Part shown: positions 34,401 through 47,918 of the stretch, one piece after another
How positions within the stretch are numbered: the stretch's first letter is position 1
Layout: the number at the start of each line of letters is the position of its first letter
DNA from: Podarcis gaigeae
Taxonomy: Eukaryota
DNA: 64,000 nucleotides
Assembly: GCA_964106915.2 (NCBI GenBank)
Contig: OZ066926.1
Strand: one strand, 5' to 3'
The notes under the pieces: generated by a model
The model's database searches: none
Seen by the model: the letters and a program-made list of their open reading frames with translations, nothing else
What the model was told of the DNA's origin: nothing
Program-made: the position numbers and the translations under genes

Positions 34401-36404
34401 ACCGCGCTTCCCCATTGCACGTGGCTGCAAAACACGGCCTGGACGACCACGCGAAGCTCTACCTCTGCTTTGGAGCAAAGGTTGCCCACAGGAACCGAGA
34501 GGGAGAGACAGCCCTCAACGCGGCCTGCGCCAGTGCAGACAGGCCTGAGGAGGCTGGCCGCTACTACCGGGTGGTGAAGCGGCTGCTGGAAGGTGGGGCC
34601 GACGTCCGGATAGCTGGCCGGAAGAACCATACGCCCCTGCACAATGCCTGCAGCAACTGCCACATCCGCATTGTGGAGCTTCTGCTGCAGCACGGGGCAC
34701 AGGTCAACGTTAGAAACTGCGCCGGCTACACACCTGTGGATTGTGCCCTGCAAGCAGTGGAAGATTACCTGGAGGGGCAACCTGAGAGGCTTATAGCCAC
34801 CTTGCTCGACCATGGTGCTGCTTCTATCAATCCCAAGGTAAGGGGTGCCACCTCTATAAACTGCTGGCTGACCTTGGTATTGGGGAACCTTTTTGTACAT
34901 TCAACCCAATAGGAGGAGAAGGCAGGGCTGGCCACACCATTAGGCAGCTTTGGGGTAGCAAAGAGGTGCTGGAGGGCAGAGTTGTTTGTAGGGTGTGGTC
35001 TGCCCTGCGCCCCTTAAGCTACCTTGTTGTATTTTTGTATTTCTATCCCGCCCTCCCCAGCCGAAGCCGGGCTCGGGGCGGCTAACAACAATAAAATAAA
35101 TAATAATAAAATAAAATACAACATTCTAAAATCATTTCATTATAAAATTAATTCAAATCAAATTGATGGCAACCATTGGGCTAGAGTTCTGTGAAGATTG
35201 CCAAAGGAGGGAGTCAGGCTGCGCCCTGACCAAAGGCCTGGTGGAACAGCTCTGTCTTGCAGGCCCTGAGGAAAGATGTCAAGTCCCACAGGGCCCTAGT
35301 CTCTTGTGACAGAGCGTTCCACCAGATCAGAGCCACAGCCGAAAAAGCCCTGGCTCTAGTTGAGGCCACCCTAACTTCTCTGTGGCCTGGGACCTTCAAG
35401 ATGTTTTTGTTAGAAGACCGTAAGTTCCTCTGTGGGACATACCAGGAAAGGCGGTCCTGTAGGTACGTAAGTATGATGGAGGACACTCTCTCCTATTGTC
35501 AGCACAGTAGTAAATTTAACCTACCATTCAGCATGTGGAAAACAAAGTGGGCAGAAGTCATTTAGTCCTTGGTTAGGCAGCAACATGGTTTGGGTTAGTC
35601 CTTAGGCAGTGGGGAGGAGAACATTTGTCTGTGGCAGCCTTGGCCAACCTGGTGCCCTCCAGATGTTCTGGGCCACAGCTCCGTAAGTCATGTCTGTAAA
35701 TAGAAGGAAAGGAATGATATGAGAGAATCAAGGTTTGGTGGGGCCTGGAGATGGAAGAAGGGGTCCCTGGGAGTACGAGTGGAACCAGGGGTTGTGCAGG
35801 AGTCTGATGTCCCACTTCCTGGTTATTGGAAGTCATGCTCTGCAACCCCCACTTGTCTTTTTTCCTGAAATTTCCACCAGGTTTTGCCAGCATGTTCCTA
35901 AACAGTTTCCCACAGCCATATGTATTCTAAACATTTCTTTTTAAAATGTGTACTACAAGATACCCAGGATTACATATACTGTGCTTAATTATTTTACTGA
36001 GCCCTTGAAATCTTGGTCTCTGATATATGCACCCTCTTGGTCTTTTGGATTTCATCCTTTCAAGTTTATAAGAGCTAGAATGTATCTCTCTTCTGCCTTC
36101 CTTTGCCAAGGAAAATTCCCTGGAAATACTCAGAAGTCCTAACTGGAATCTTTCTGTTTTCTTTCCTTTTTCTTTCTTAATACTGAATTAAATTTATTTT
36201 TAGGCACTGTGATAATACAGGAGTTCTGGCTGAAGACTTCCAAGGGATGTAGCATAGGAGATTGCTCTGATTTTATCTGTGCGGGATTGATAATTATATT
36301 ATTTTATGTACCTTGCTTAAAGCAAGTTTTTCCATTAAGCAGTTTATATATATATTTCTAAATAAATAACTGAATCTTCTTTTCTTTCCAGTATGCTCAC
36401 ACGT

Positions 36405-36448
<44 letters not shown>

Positions 36449-37435
36449 TGGTAATTTTGCCTTCAGATGCTAAAATTTTGTGCCTTGTCACCTCAGGCTA
36501 TGGAAGTTGTTCTAAATTCCTATGACCGGATCCCACCCTGTGATTCTTGGGTGGATTCTGTGCCTCTTGAAGTGTGGCAGGTAAATTCCTCCAATCGAAT
36601 GTAATGCAACACAAAAACAAACACATATACACACACTTATGCAATCACAAGGCTTGCTGTTTTGTCCTGCAAAATCTATTTATCTACTTGCACTGGCGTG
36701 CCTTCGAACTGCTAGGTAGGCAGGAGCTGGGACAGAGCAACAGGAGCTCACCCTGTATGCCCTATAGGATAATATGACTTTGTATGGCATGCCTGCCTGG
36801 TTGCTTCTGCTACTACAGACAGGGAACCTGCGGCCCTCCAGTTATTGCAGTTCCTATTGGCCTCAGCCAAGGCTCAGGGAGAAGAATGAGAGGATTATGT
36901 TTGTGGTGGTCAGTGGAGGCTGATGTGTCTTAAGACTCAGAAGGCAGAGAGGCCAACACAGAGTGGACCCAGGGCTAATAACAGGCAGAGCCAACTAATT
37001 CTAGGTTTGCGCCTTCCCTCCTCGCTGCTGATTTCTATAGTGACAACACCAAGACTAAGGAGGAGGGAGTTGACTGCCAGGACCACTTCCCTAGGCTGGT
37101 TGTAAGCAAAAAGGCAGGCTGGTGGGAAGTGCCTGAGGGCAGACTGCAGTTGGTGGGGGAGTACCCAATTCACCTGCATGGACCAGCCTGGTGCTGTGGT
37201 GTGTGTGTGCGTTCAATGCCTCATTTTACTTTTCTTTGCATTTTGACAGGAGCATCAGGTGTTCTACGATTCAGCCATCTACCTGGTGAATCAGCCCCGC
37301 CCTCTGCAACATCTGGCTCGTTGTGCTGTGCGGAAGCAGCTGGGGCCGCAATGCCATCAGGGCATTGCTCAGTTGAAACTGCCCTCTTCTCTGCAAGACT
37401 ACCTGCATCTCCCACTGGAGGGCTATCTCCAGTGA
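25471..37435 (+). CDS. ASB16: Ankyrin repeat and SOCS box protein 16, 458 aa
   Basis: Exons 25471..25786, 32964..33231, 34345..34837, 36467..36580, 37250..37435 (1377 nt, phases 1/2/0/0). N-terminus MSKETFTFTSSTLRSLRLQREMLEWEDRRRAA; ankyrin repeats (SPLHVAA, TPLHNAC); SOCS box PRPLQHLARCAVRKQLG..LKLPSSLQDYL. Confidence 0.96.
27231..28265 (+). CDS. LINE-1 ORF1p (coiled-coil RNA-binding protein), 344 aa
   Basis: Long heptad coiled coil then ELRNRETNLRIRSIPE (L1 RRM entry motif), AFRLG..KPRDCLI, IEIFKDI; lies directly upstream of ORF2. Confidence 0.92.
   Translation: MSGAKRKGLRTRQTTLTTLTAASQTRRSSVPTLPSEEKATSLSQAGEGETEELQLEEMASGGSGSVLERILEKLESLDRKVDQQTAKIDLNTETLNKLSGQVAQNAQAIGQLKEAAGENQRLAEETSQRVGELEKEVRPLSKQVGEHQTYLSMLELRNRETNLRIRSIPEAEEGNLAEFLTKEFSKFWGLEEEDFKIVSAFRLGRLIKREKPRDCLITLRSKEERDKILGLHYGRSLNISDKRIEIFKDIPKQLLDLRSEYLDLVKLLRSNSIIFRWDFPQGLSFTFRGKKIKIRTLEDRDKFLTAYGEDLHKGLELPPGPEPPQVPAPQNPEDSQNKTPSQGN
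28281..32021 (+). CDS. LINE-1 ORF2p (APE endonuclease, reverse transcriptase, Cys-rich domain), 1246 aa
   Basis: EN: SWNING, CLQETH, GIYAPN, GDMN, RIDQI, SDH. RT: KSPGPDG, NYRPISLLNVDYKI, DAEKAFD, GTRQGCPISPLLF, FADD, KYLG. C-terminal CWKCKENEGTFFHLWWTC. No stops or frameshifts. Confidence 0.97.
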   Translation: MSLQLLSWNINGCNSPEKRKKIFHILKKEQLDITCLQETHVTRPHRKILVNKRLGQEFISSDSVKKRGVVIYAKESLSPKFLFKDEHGRILAIEIQHQGEKILILGIYAPNEGKSEFYKKLHEIMLDYLDYDNIIMMGDMNGIVSTNMDRSQSQKVTKDGRLPKTFFEMTDNMDWIDIWRTKNPLGKEGTFFSEAQLTWTRIDQIWISRGLAPKVRKVEICPKTCSDHNALKMDMTLLPTGSFRWKMNDNLFRDQEIIKKAKKTIKDYFEINLNTAVEKRTIWDASKAVMRGFLIQQNAIKKRLQNEKKDKILGKIKELEKKLRVNPKSQPILREIKLHQAQYSKLINQEIEWKIKLMKQKTFESANKCGKLLAWQLKKRQKLNIVTNLEIEGRYIQNPVEIRKCFQKYFKKLYTQGPQNEEEIAKFLEKNGLKKLSQENRSLLNSKITRLEIEHAIQNMKLGKSPGPDGLTSKYYKTLSDYLIQPLMEVSNEIMEGKKAPESWKEAFITLIPKSETEKTQLKNYRPISLLNVDYKIFADVLAGRLKRVLNEIIHKDQAGFLPGRHLFANTRNIIDILELLQTNINTKAVLIFIDAEKAFDNISWKFMKGNLKEMGVGRGFENGIDAIYSEQKAKLIVNNVVTEEFKIEKGTRQGCPISPLLFISVLEVLLNLIRGDRLVQGIQIGAKQYKLKAFADDLVLTLQEPESSTKRVLQLIQDFGRVAGFKLNKQKTKVLGKNLTDTELERFQRETELNLVKRVKYLGVNITAKNLCLFKDNYDKCWSEIKRDLDSWTNLKLSLLGRIAAIKMNVLPKMLFLFQTLQIVDKTECFRKWQRDISKFVWQGKKPRIKFKILTDAKERGGFALPDLRLYYEAAAFCWLKDWLLLEDTDVLDLEGFNNAFGWHAYLWYDKVKINKAFKNHIVRKAVFNVWTKYKDLLENKTPRWLSPLEAKARKRPNMEAKWPKYWEIIEKEGNNWKLQSLEKMKDKVRDWLHYAQIQEIFKNDKKLGFQVEKSKLETELLEPKTKVLSRMYNLLLKWNTQDEMVKSAMIKWAQDIGHNIMFEDWERLWTTGMNFTACNALKENVMKMIYRWYMTPVKLAKICHVPDNKCWKCKENEGTFFHLWWTCPRVKAFWEMIYNELKKVFKYTFLKKPEAFLLGIVGQMVPKKDRTFFLYATAAARILIAKKWKTQDLPTLEEWQMQLMDYMQMAEMTGRIRDLGEERVEEDWRKFKTYLQKYCDLVES
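35040..35468 (-). mobile_element. L2 LINE 3' end (second subfamily)
   Basis: Minus-strand peptide RARAFSAVALIWWNALSQETRALWDLTSFLRACKTELFHQAF is an L2 C-terminus. Confidence 0.7.
36407..36446. repeat. (TC)n microsatellite just upstream of the ASB16 exon 4 acceptor
   Basis: About 20 TC units ending about 20 bp before cttcag|ATG. Confidence 0.9.
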
Positions 37436-38186
37436 TGAGGAATGTACACACTGGCCTCAAGAAGATAGAAGTCAAAAATTCAGAATGACATATTATTTTT
37501 CCAAGTGGCCATTTCTCCAAATTTAAGAGGCTGCTCATTAAGCACGATTAATAAGGTTGTGGTGAAATGTAAAATTGTCTGGGAATGGTATAATCAGCAG
37601 CCATCTGCTCTCTCATCTTGAAGTGGTCAAGGATCACTCTAGAACCTGGGGCCTGCATGAGCACTTGGGCACCTGACACTTTAAATCTAAATTATTTAAA
37701 TTATATTTTAATACATTTATATTTATGTTTAGGTCTGAAAATGACTGACAAATGCCCCACAATGTACTGTTAGGCCCCTTCATCATATAATCTTTGACTG
37801 CACTAATACTGATTAGTATTAAACTGATTATTTCCTTTATTTAGCTTGTGTCTGCTTTTATCTGTTTTCTCTTATCAAAATGTTAGTCAAAGATGCCCTT
37901 TGAACCTAGCAGTGTAACAAAATCTCTTGCTGCAATGTTCCAGCTCCTGCCCGCAACACCATGTCGTAGACATCATCGTTATTAACCTGCCTATCTATTT
38001 ATATAACCTGCCTCTTTTAATCAACTATTTTGTATTAAAATATATTAAAGGCAGCTATCACAGCAAATTTTTAAACAATAAAAAATACGGGGGGGAAATA
38101 CTGAATGACAATGCAATCAAAAACAGAATAAAAATAAGAGAAGAGCCCATTTCAAAAGACAGTGCCACATAATACCCTGCTGGAAA

Positions 38187-38478
38187 AGAAGAAGAAGAAG
38201 AAGAAGAAGAAGAAGAAGAAGAAGAAGAAGAAGAAGAAGAAGAGTTTGGATTTGATATCCCACTTTATCACTACCCTAAGGAGTCTCAAAGCGGCTCACA
38301 TTCTCCTTTCCCTTCCTCCCCCACAACAAACACTCTGTGAGGTGAGTGGGGCTGACAGACTTCAAAGAAGTGTGACTAGCCCAAGGTCACCCAGCAGCTG
38401 CATGTGGAGGAGCAGGGAATCGAACCCGGTTCACCAGATTACGAGTCCACTGCTCTTAACCACTACACCACACTGGCT
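38187..38478 (-). mobile_element. tRNA-derived SINE (Squam3-like) with long (CTT)n tail
   Basis: (AAG)n run at 38187..38243, then the reverse complement of the 19657 element, with B box ggttcgattcc. Confidence 0.8.
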
Positions 38479-38499
38479 CTCCAGAAGGCAGGGGGCCAC

Positions 38500-39540
38500 T
38501 AGGGGCGCATTGGAAGATGGCCGACAATAACATATCTCCGATCCACACGAGGTAATTATGAGGCTGTTATGGGAGTATGCAGCCTCCCTTGCCCCCCCCC
38601 CAAGGGAATGGGGGGCACTGCCCTTGCCTGCTGTGCCCATATACCACCCCCAAACTCAAGGGGGTGGGGGCACTAGGCAGAAAGCCCTTGTGTGGATTTT
38701 GGCTCTCCTGGACGCTGTCTCTGATCGTGCCACTAGCTGCAGCAACTTGATAATAAACAATTACGAAGAAGCAAATGCACATATTTCAAGTGAAGAATGG
38801 GGAGTAAAGACTGCTAATTGAAGGGACCTCTGTGAAAGAAGAGCGGCGAGTTGGATCAACAGGAATATATCATAAGAAGACACATCAAGGCACGGTATGT
38901 CGGCAGCAGGACTGGCTGGGGGGGGGGACTTTTTTCTCTTTCTTCTATGTGATTAACCAATAATCCCCCCCCCCACAAGTCAGAAACGTCGCTTAAATGA
39001 CCTAAGATGGATGATTTAAGACTGTGTGAAAATGAACTCTAACCAAAAGCATGTTTTAAGGAGATCGAGGAAAGTGCAAGAGCTTTTGGGATGACACAGT
39101 AAAAAATAGTGTCGCCATTTTGGCAAGTTCTGTTGAAAGATTTACGACTCGGGAGGAGGAATGGACTTGTTTTCATACTGCGGGCGAACCTCCTCAGAGG
39201 ACTAAAGAAGGCGACAGATTTGTGAAGATTAATAATGGAAAGAGCACTTTTATTTATGAAAGCGATGATATATGGAAACCATCTCGATATGGTTCTTGGA
39301 CGAACGGAAAAATTCACACAGGACTACAATTGGTTTTTACCTGCTTATGGAGATTATTAGAAGAGGTCACAAAGAGAAAGGAAAAATATATGAAAATAAC
39401 AAGATGAGACGTGGGAAACAGCAAAATAGGACTGGATAGAATTATGAACATTATTTGGACAGATTTGTGGACATTAACGCAGCAGCAAGAAGATGATTGG
39501 ATCCCCTTCGGAACTACCATCAAAAGGAGAATTTGCATAT
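38500..39540 (+). mobile_element. Old degraded LINE-1 5'UTR/ORF1 remnant
   Basis: Starts gggggcgcattggAAGATGGCCG (YY1-type L1 start), followed by purine-rich broken ORF-like sequence. Confidence 0.4.
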
Positions 39541-39567
39541 GCTTACATATATATGTATATATAGAGA

Positions 39568-39670
39568 TTTAGAAATAATTACTGTAAGTTTACAGTAATT
39601 AATTACTGTAATTAATTACTGTAATAATTACTGTAATAATTACTGTAAGTTTAGAAATAATTACTGTAAA
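39568..39670. repeat. AATTACTGT tandem/inverted micro-repeat cluster
   Basis: Six direct AATTACTGTAA units plus an inverted TACAGTAATT copy, bracketed by a 20-bp direct repeat tttagaaataattactgtaa. Confidence 0.85.
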
Positions 39671-39941
39671 TATACCTTATTTCTTGCTTTTGTCAGAAGA
39701 GCATAACCTCATTGTGTAATTTCAGAAATGTTGGAAACATAACTTCAGAGTTAATACAGAAACTTTTCTTTCACGATTTGTGGGTTTTTATGTGGAATAG
39801 GACCAGGGTGTGTTAGAAGCGGACAGTGTTACAAGTGTCTAATGGGCCCTAACAGCTGCTTTTGTGTTGCGGGGGGGGGCACAAATTTTAAAACGTTCCG
39901 GAAACCTCCCCCTACTAATAAAGTTCCTCTATTATCCTCTT

Positions 39942-40303
39942 GGACGCAGGTGGCGCTGTGGGTTAAAGCCTCAGCGCCTAGGACTTGCCGATTGAAAGGT
40001 CGGCGGTTCGAATCCCTGCGGCGGGGTGCGCTCCCGCTGCTCGGTCCCAGCGCCTGCCAACCTAGCAGTTCGAAAGCACCTCCGGGTGCAAGTAGATAAA
40101 TAGGGACCGCTTACCAGCGGGAAGGTAAACGGCGTTTCCGTGTGCGGCTCTGGCTCGCCAGAGCAGCGATGTCACGCTGGCCACGTGACCCGGAAGTGTC
40201 TCCGGACAGCGCTGGCCCCTGGCCTCTTAAGTGAGATGGGCGCACAACCCCAGAGTCTGTCAAGACTGGCCCGTACGGGCAGGGGTACCTTTACCTTTAC
40301 CTT
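39942..40303 (+). mobile_element. Full-length CpG-rich Sauria SINE
   Basis: 12-bp TSD TATTATCCTCTT (39930..39941 / 40304..40315); A box tggcgctgtggg, B box ggttcgaatcc, (ACCTTT)n tail. Confidence 0.92.
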
Positions 40304-40619
40304 TATTATCCTCTTACGCGTGGAGGCTGGGCAGGGAAGCTGGTGGACTGCGCCCAGCAAAGAGTGACCTGAAACAGCCTTGCAGTGCGATCTCTTAATA
40401 TTGCAGTTAAAAACCCCGATTTCTCCGATTTCCCCCCTTGGGTGGAAAGTTGTGGGGATGGGCACGATAAAAATACTCGGACATGCGCATATATATCAAT
40501 TTATATAGTTCTGTCTGTTGTGTTCACTGGAAAACGAAAGGCACCCCCTCTCGCGCTTTTGGCCAAAAACAACATTTTATAGCTGGATAGTAATGTATAT
40601 AAAATGCTAAATGTACGCA

Positions 40620-41220
40620 ATACGCCTTGGACGCGAAATATATACGTCACCCATTCCCTTCCACAGCCGCTGCTATGGCAACCGCGGCCTTCCATCCTGG
40701 CAACCTCGCGCGCCTCGAAGTGACGTAGGCAGCGGGCGTTAGTGACGTAACCGTTTCCTCTGGGGAAGAAAGGGCTCTCGGGCAGGTGAGTGACAGCTTC
40801 CCGGCGGGCCCCCCGCTTGAAGCTCCGGGGCCGAGACCCCTGTGAAGCGGGCCCTTCCGCTTCTCCCCCCCCCCCCCGGGAAGTCCCTCGGCGCCTCCTG
40901 GTTGCGAGCGCTGCCCGCTCCCCGCTCTGCTGCTGCTGCCCTTTCGGCCGGACCTCCTTCCCCTCGGCGCCTCTCCACCCTTGCCTTCGCTTTCCTGCCC
41001 GCGGAAATGTCGGAACTTTCCGCCCCTTTTTTGGGCAGCGTCTCCTCTGCCCCGACACCTTTTCTTTCCGTTTGCACGCTGCTTTTTGGCCCCGCTTCCT
41101 CCTCGCCCTGCCTCCTTTCTGTCACCTCGCGCGGCCCTGAAGCTGCTTCCCTTTGCACTGGCGAGGCTCCACGTCCCTTCCCCCAAGCAAACCGCCCCCC
41201 CCCGCCTAGTGGGCTGTTTG
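40620..41220 (+). promoter_or_regulatory. TMUB2 CpG-island promoter and probable non-coding exon 1
   Basis: CpG-rich. CRE-like TACGTCA (about 40643), TGACGTAG (40721) and TGACGTAA (40743); RFX X-box-like GCTGCTATGGCAAC (about 40668); strong donor CAG|gtgagt at 40786. Confidence 0.7.
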
Positions 41221-43014
41221 TTTTGTTTTTAACTTTGGGAAGCAAAGCTCATGGAGAAGCCTAAGAGGGAGAACGGAATGGAGAAGGAAACCTTGCGGGG
41301 GGGGGGGCATCGGGCAGGGGCAATGTCCATAGAAGTTAATACCCGGGAGACGGATCTTGCTGAAACTTGGGACCGGATCAAAGGTGATGGGGAACATCAG
41401 AGCAAGGCTAAAAGACAGGAGTTGAGGACAGGCTCCTTGAAGGCTTCGTAGAAGGGAGAAGCAGGAACCCAGCAAAAGGCAGGTTGAGGCACTTGGGCAA
41501 AACAGGAAAGCTCTCAGCTAGCATACACTTCCTTGGGGGCCAAGGAGAACATGGAAATCACCTGTGCTATATCGTGCAAATAAGAGGACCACATGGAGTG
41601 CATATGTCATTAAGTGCTTATGTCATGCCAAGTTGTTGGTTCCTTGCTCCCTCCCTTATCAATGGAGTGGCTACTTCCCCAGCAGGCCATCAAAGCCAAT
41701 GGCAGGAAGCTAATTCTTGCCTGTCACATGTATTTTTTCCATCATTGGATAAGGGGGTGGTCTGGGTCAATCTTAAAAATCCTAATGAGATAGAGGGGAG
41801 TATATCTCTGCCGCTCCCCACCCCCCGCCCCTTTTAACGTCAACTGGACAAGAGGAAATTAAAGATATTTTTCTGGCATGGAGATAAGTAGTGGGAATTG
41901 CTTCACTTGCTTAGTTTCTGTACACTGGGTTGCTATTATAAGGTCAATAGCAAAGCTGAGACTGAAGAAAGCATACTCAGTCATAGCTGTCTCTTTTCCC
42001 CAAGTAATCTGCTTTCTTCACCGTATTGACATTTTAAGACGTTCTAGATCAAAAGTACTGCCTTGAATTGGGCTGAAAATCTATTGAAAACCAGTACAAC
42101 CAGCACAGAGCAAAGTAATGTACTTCTGTGAACTAATCTTCCCCAGGCGCTTCCATGAAGACATAGTTTTGCGTCACAAACTGGTTCTGCAAATGGAAAC
42201 TTCTCTCAAACTGGAGGCAGATTTATTTTTTAATATTGGACAGGGAGGCTAGCATGTAAGAGGATGTGAAGGTCTTAGGTTACAATCTAGTGGGATAACG
42301 AAGGCTTCAGCCTACAAGTTTTGGCTTTTATTACAAATCTTAGATCTAAATCCCGCTTGGTAAGTAAGAAACAAATAAACCTAGTCCCTATAAGTATGTC
42401 CTTAAGTCATATAAATTTTGGCTGCTTGATATCTTACTCCTGATAACATGTACCAAGCTGGTAAATTAAAAAAAGATTTGTTGGAATACAAAGAAACATA
42501 GGTCTCTAGAAATCTGATGATTTGTTGGAAAGATAGTGTGCATCAGCATGCAATGTTAACTGCTCTGTTTTCTAAATCCTCTTTCTCACTAAGTATATAT
42601 CATCAATCCATATTTGTACAGATTGTAAAGTGTTTTGTACATTGTCTTGTTTATCCTTGCAACACCCTTTCATTCCCATTTTACCACTGGAGAACTGAGG
42701 CTGAGATAGCAACTTGCCCAAGGCTCCTTGAGGTCATGACTGAGGTAGGGGCTAAATCTCACGGGACTGGGTTGAGAACTATGAATTGTGCCTCTCTGAC
42801 TTTGATGCCTATTTTATGTAACATTCAGAGAAACAGGAAAACTGAAAACAGCAGGTAAAACCAGGGGTAAAAACCACTGTCTCTCTTTCTCCTTAATTAA
42901 AAACTGCAGTGAGACATGGGACTGAAATCCTAATCAGATGCCATCTGAATTTCCCTCTGCTGCCAAGGCCAGAACTGCTATCCTTGTTGCTCCCCCGTTC
43001 TCTAAAGCTAAGAG

Positions 43015-45364
<2,350 letters not shown>

Positions 45365-45899
45365 GCAGCCATGGGGAAGGAGGGAGTGGCCTTAGCTGCC
45401 AAATCTTGAGTGCTCTCTGTTTCGTACTTCCACTCATTCATACCCTGTGAGGGACATATAAAGCTCTTATCCAGAATTCTCCGCTGATGGAGGTTAGAGC
45501 TCCACAAAACCTTTGAGTTGAAAAATTGTACTTAATTTCTACATTTTCTATCGCTACAGCATTTGGGTATCTTTGAAGAGTGATGCTAGAAGAGGGGAAC
45601 GAGACAAGTATAGAAGAGAGCAGGGCCACAGGTGTTTGCTCTGATCTCCCCTTATTCTCAGGATAGAATCCTTTCAACTGTCAGAAGCGTTGCCTTGCTG
45701 TCGTTCGGCTTCTAGGCCTCGAAGAGAGATTTGGCTGCCACATTCTCCTCCACAGCTACTAGGACTTGGAACTTGGTGATGATTATCGTAGAGAACCCAT
45801 TTGTACTGAAGTACAGTTCCTGTCCCTTGTGCTCTTAAGACTTCTGAGCCCCGCAATAGAGGAAACGGGCTCTCCACCTAAGCATTTGCCTGTTTAGTT

Positions 45900-45900
<1 letters not shown>

Positions 45901-45927
<27 letters not shown>
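45901..45927. repeat. (GCT)9 trinucleotide repeat in probable TMUB2 3'UTR
   Basis: Direct reading. Confidence 0.9.
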
Positions 45928-45930
<3 letters not shown>

Positions 45931-47169
45931 GAAAGCATGAATGGAATGATCTTTGGGCTCATGCTTCTCTCCATTTCATTGCCACTAATTACATGGTAGT
46001 TACACAGTGATGCACTGTGAACTAGTGAGACACCTGCCTTCTCCCCTCCCACCTTTCCAAGATACATGCACCTTGAACTATGTTCTGAAGACACCTGCCC
46101 ACTTCTTACTGTACGGACTCCATTGAGATGCTCACACTACCCCTGTGCTGTAGAAAAGAAGAGCCCTCTCCAAAGAGGGCCATTTGCATGTGCACACTCT
46201 GCAAGGATTATGATCCAGAATGCCATTAGTAACCAAGACGCTTGCATGGTTTGCCTCTTAACTGTCTACAGGAAGAATATTGGCAGCACTTGGGGGTTAA
46301 CCAGGTTGACTTACAAGTATTGAAACCACATGTATCTCCTTGGAATTCATGGTCATTGGCTGAGAGGGCTTCAAATAGAAGACAGGCAAGCTGAATTTCC
46401 CTTGTCTTCTGTGTCAGAGGTGATGATTTGACATCGAAGACATAAAAGACCAGGACTGGTAAATGTAATCACTACACCCCTCTCTGCTAGGTTGTAAGCG
46501 ACTTCTCTTTGAGCTTGCTAAAGTATTTTAAATCCCACAACTTGTCTCTTAAGTGGAGAGAGTTGGGGGAGTTAATTAAATTTCAGGCCTCATGGTTGCT
46601 AACCTAAGTTGGAACTGAATAACCAACTTCAGATATTTCCGATGGTAATTATCAGTGCCAAGTAATTTCCCACTCCTCCTCAAAATCAATCTCTAGTATT
46701 TGTACCACTGATCTAGCTTTTAAAATCAAGGCATTTATTAAAAGTTGTCAGAAATCATTCTTTTAAGTTAAACCTGCGCTTGACATCCACTGTGTGAAAT
46801 GTATTATAAAAATCCATGCAGATTTTATGTCGTCGTGTTTTCTTCTGTGGAGTTTGTTCAAATCTGCTTTAAGAGGAAGGAAAATAAGGAAGGAAAATAA
46901 AAACAGGCATCTGAGTAACTACCTGTGACAATTAAGCATCGTCTCTAAATGACTAGGCAGGGAAGCTTTTTGTAAATTGGGGGAGATTGGACTCTTCCCC
47001 CCCAGTCTTTGGTGTGCTACATATATATGTCCAGTTATTTACTTGTTTAAAAGGTCTTTTGCTGGAGCTGGGAAGTTTCCATACCCAAATTTTATATACT
47101 CTATATACTCTTCATATACAGGCTTTTCACACCACCAAATTTGGAACAGCTTTGCTGCATGATCTACAC

Positions 47170-47377
47170 CAGGCACGTCCAACTCCCAAGAGACTGCTAT
47201 CTACTCCCACTATTAAAAAATGGCATTAACTTTGGATTAACCAAAGTTGTTGAGCATTTTTTTGGGGGGGGGAGAGGCTTCAGCAAAGTTGTTTTGTTTT
47301 GGGGGGATCGGGATCGACCAGGGACACCCCACAATTGATCAATAGATTGTGATTGACCTGTTCGATGTACATCCCTG
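47170..47377. mobile_element. hAT MITE (same family as 59399..59540)
   Basis: CAGGCACGTCCAAC start, CATCCCTG end; 8-bp TSD atctacac/atctacag. Confidence 0.7.
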
Positions 47378-47918
47378 ATCTACAGTCTAAAACAGGGGTG
47401 CCTAACTTGTGGTTCTCTACCTGCTTGCTTCCTATCAGTCCCAGCTAGCATGGCCAGCACTCAGAGATGATGGGAGTAATCTTGCAACACTCAACCAGAA
47501 CTAGCCTTACAGCAAGATTGTGTGCTCTATGTAGACTCCAAATTTTGTTTCAAGAAAAGCTAAACATTCTGGGAGTTGGACAGCACTCTGAGTTAGCACA
47601 TACATGCTTGCTCCTGCGATTTACTCTAGCTTTTGAGAGGGAGCAGGAGCTTTGTAGCACTCATCTCTTCCCCAACCCTGCAAACTTTTGCTCTGTAGCT
47701 TCTTGAGATTTCACAATGTGCTTATGCCTGCCTTTTGACAATTAGATTATTTTAGACTCACACACTCACACTCAAGTCTTTCAGGTGCTGTCCAAAATTG
47801 CATTTTTGTAAATGCAAAAAGCCCTCTGGTTTCAACAGAAGATCTGATTCAACACTACTCTCAAGATGAGGATTGAGTAGGCATTGAAAGCAACAATTTA
47901 ACAGAACTAAGAACAGCC

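Noticed and set aside
34325-34900. 191-aa antisense ORF over ASB16 exon 3
   Set aside because: Shadow ORF of a GC-rich coding exon.
38162-38530. Poly-lysine ORF
   Set aside because: Translation of the (AAG)n SINE tail.
39568-39670. CRISPR-like or regularly spaced repeat array (also 4205-4455 and 60290-60520)
   Set aside because: No unique spacers of constant length, no cas genes, vertebrate context.
40501-41264. Multiple overlapping 116-185 aa ORFs on both strands
   Set aside because: Stop-poor CpG island of TMUB2; low-complexity peptides with no domain.
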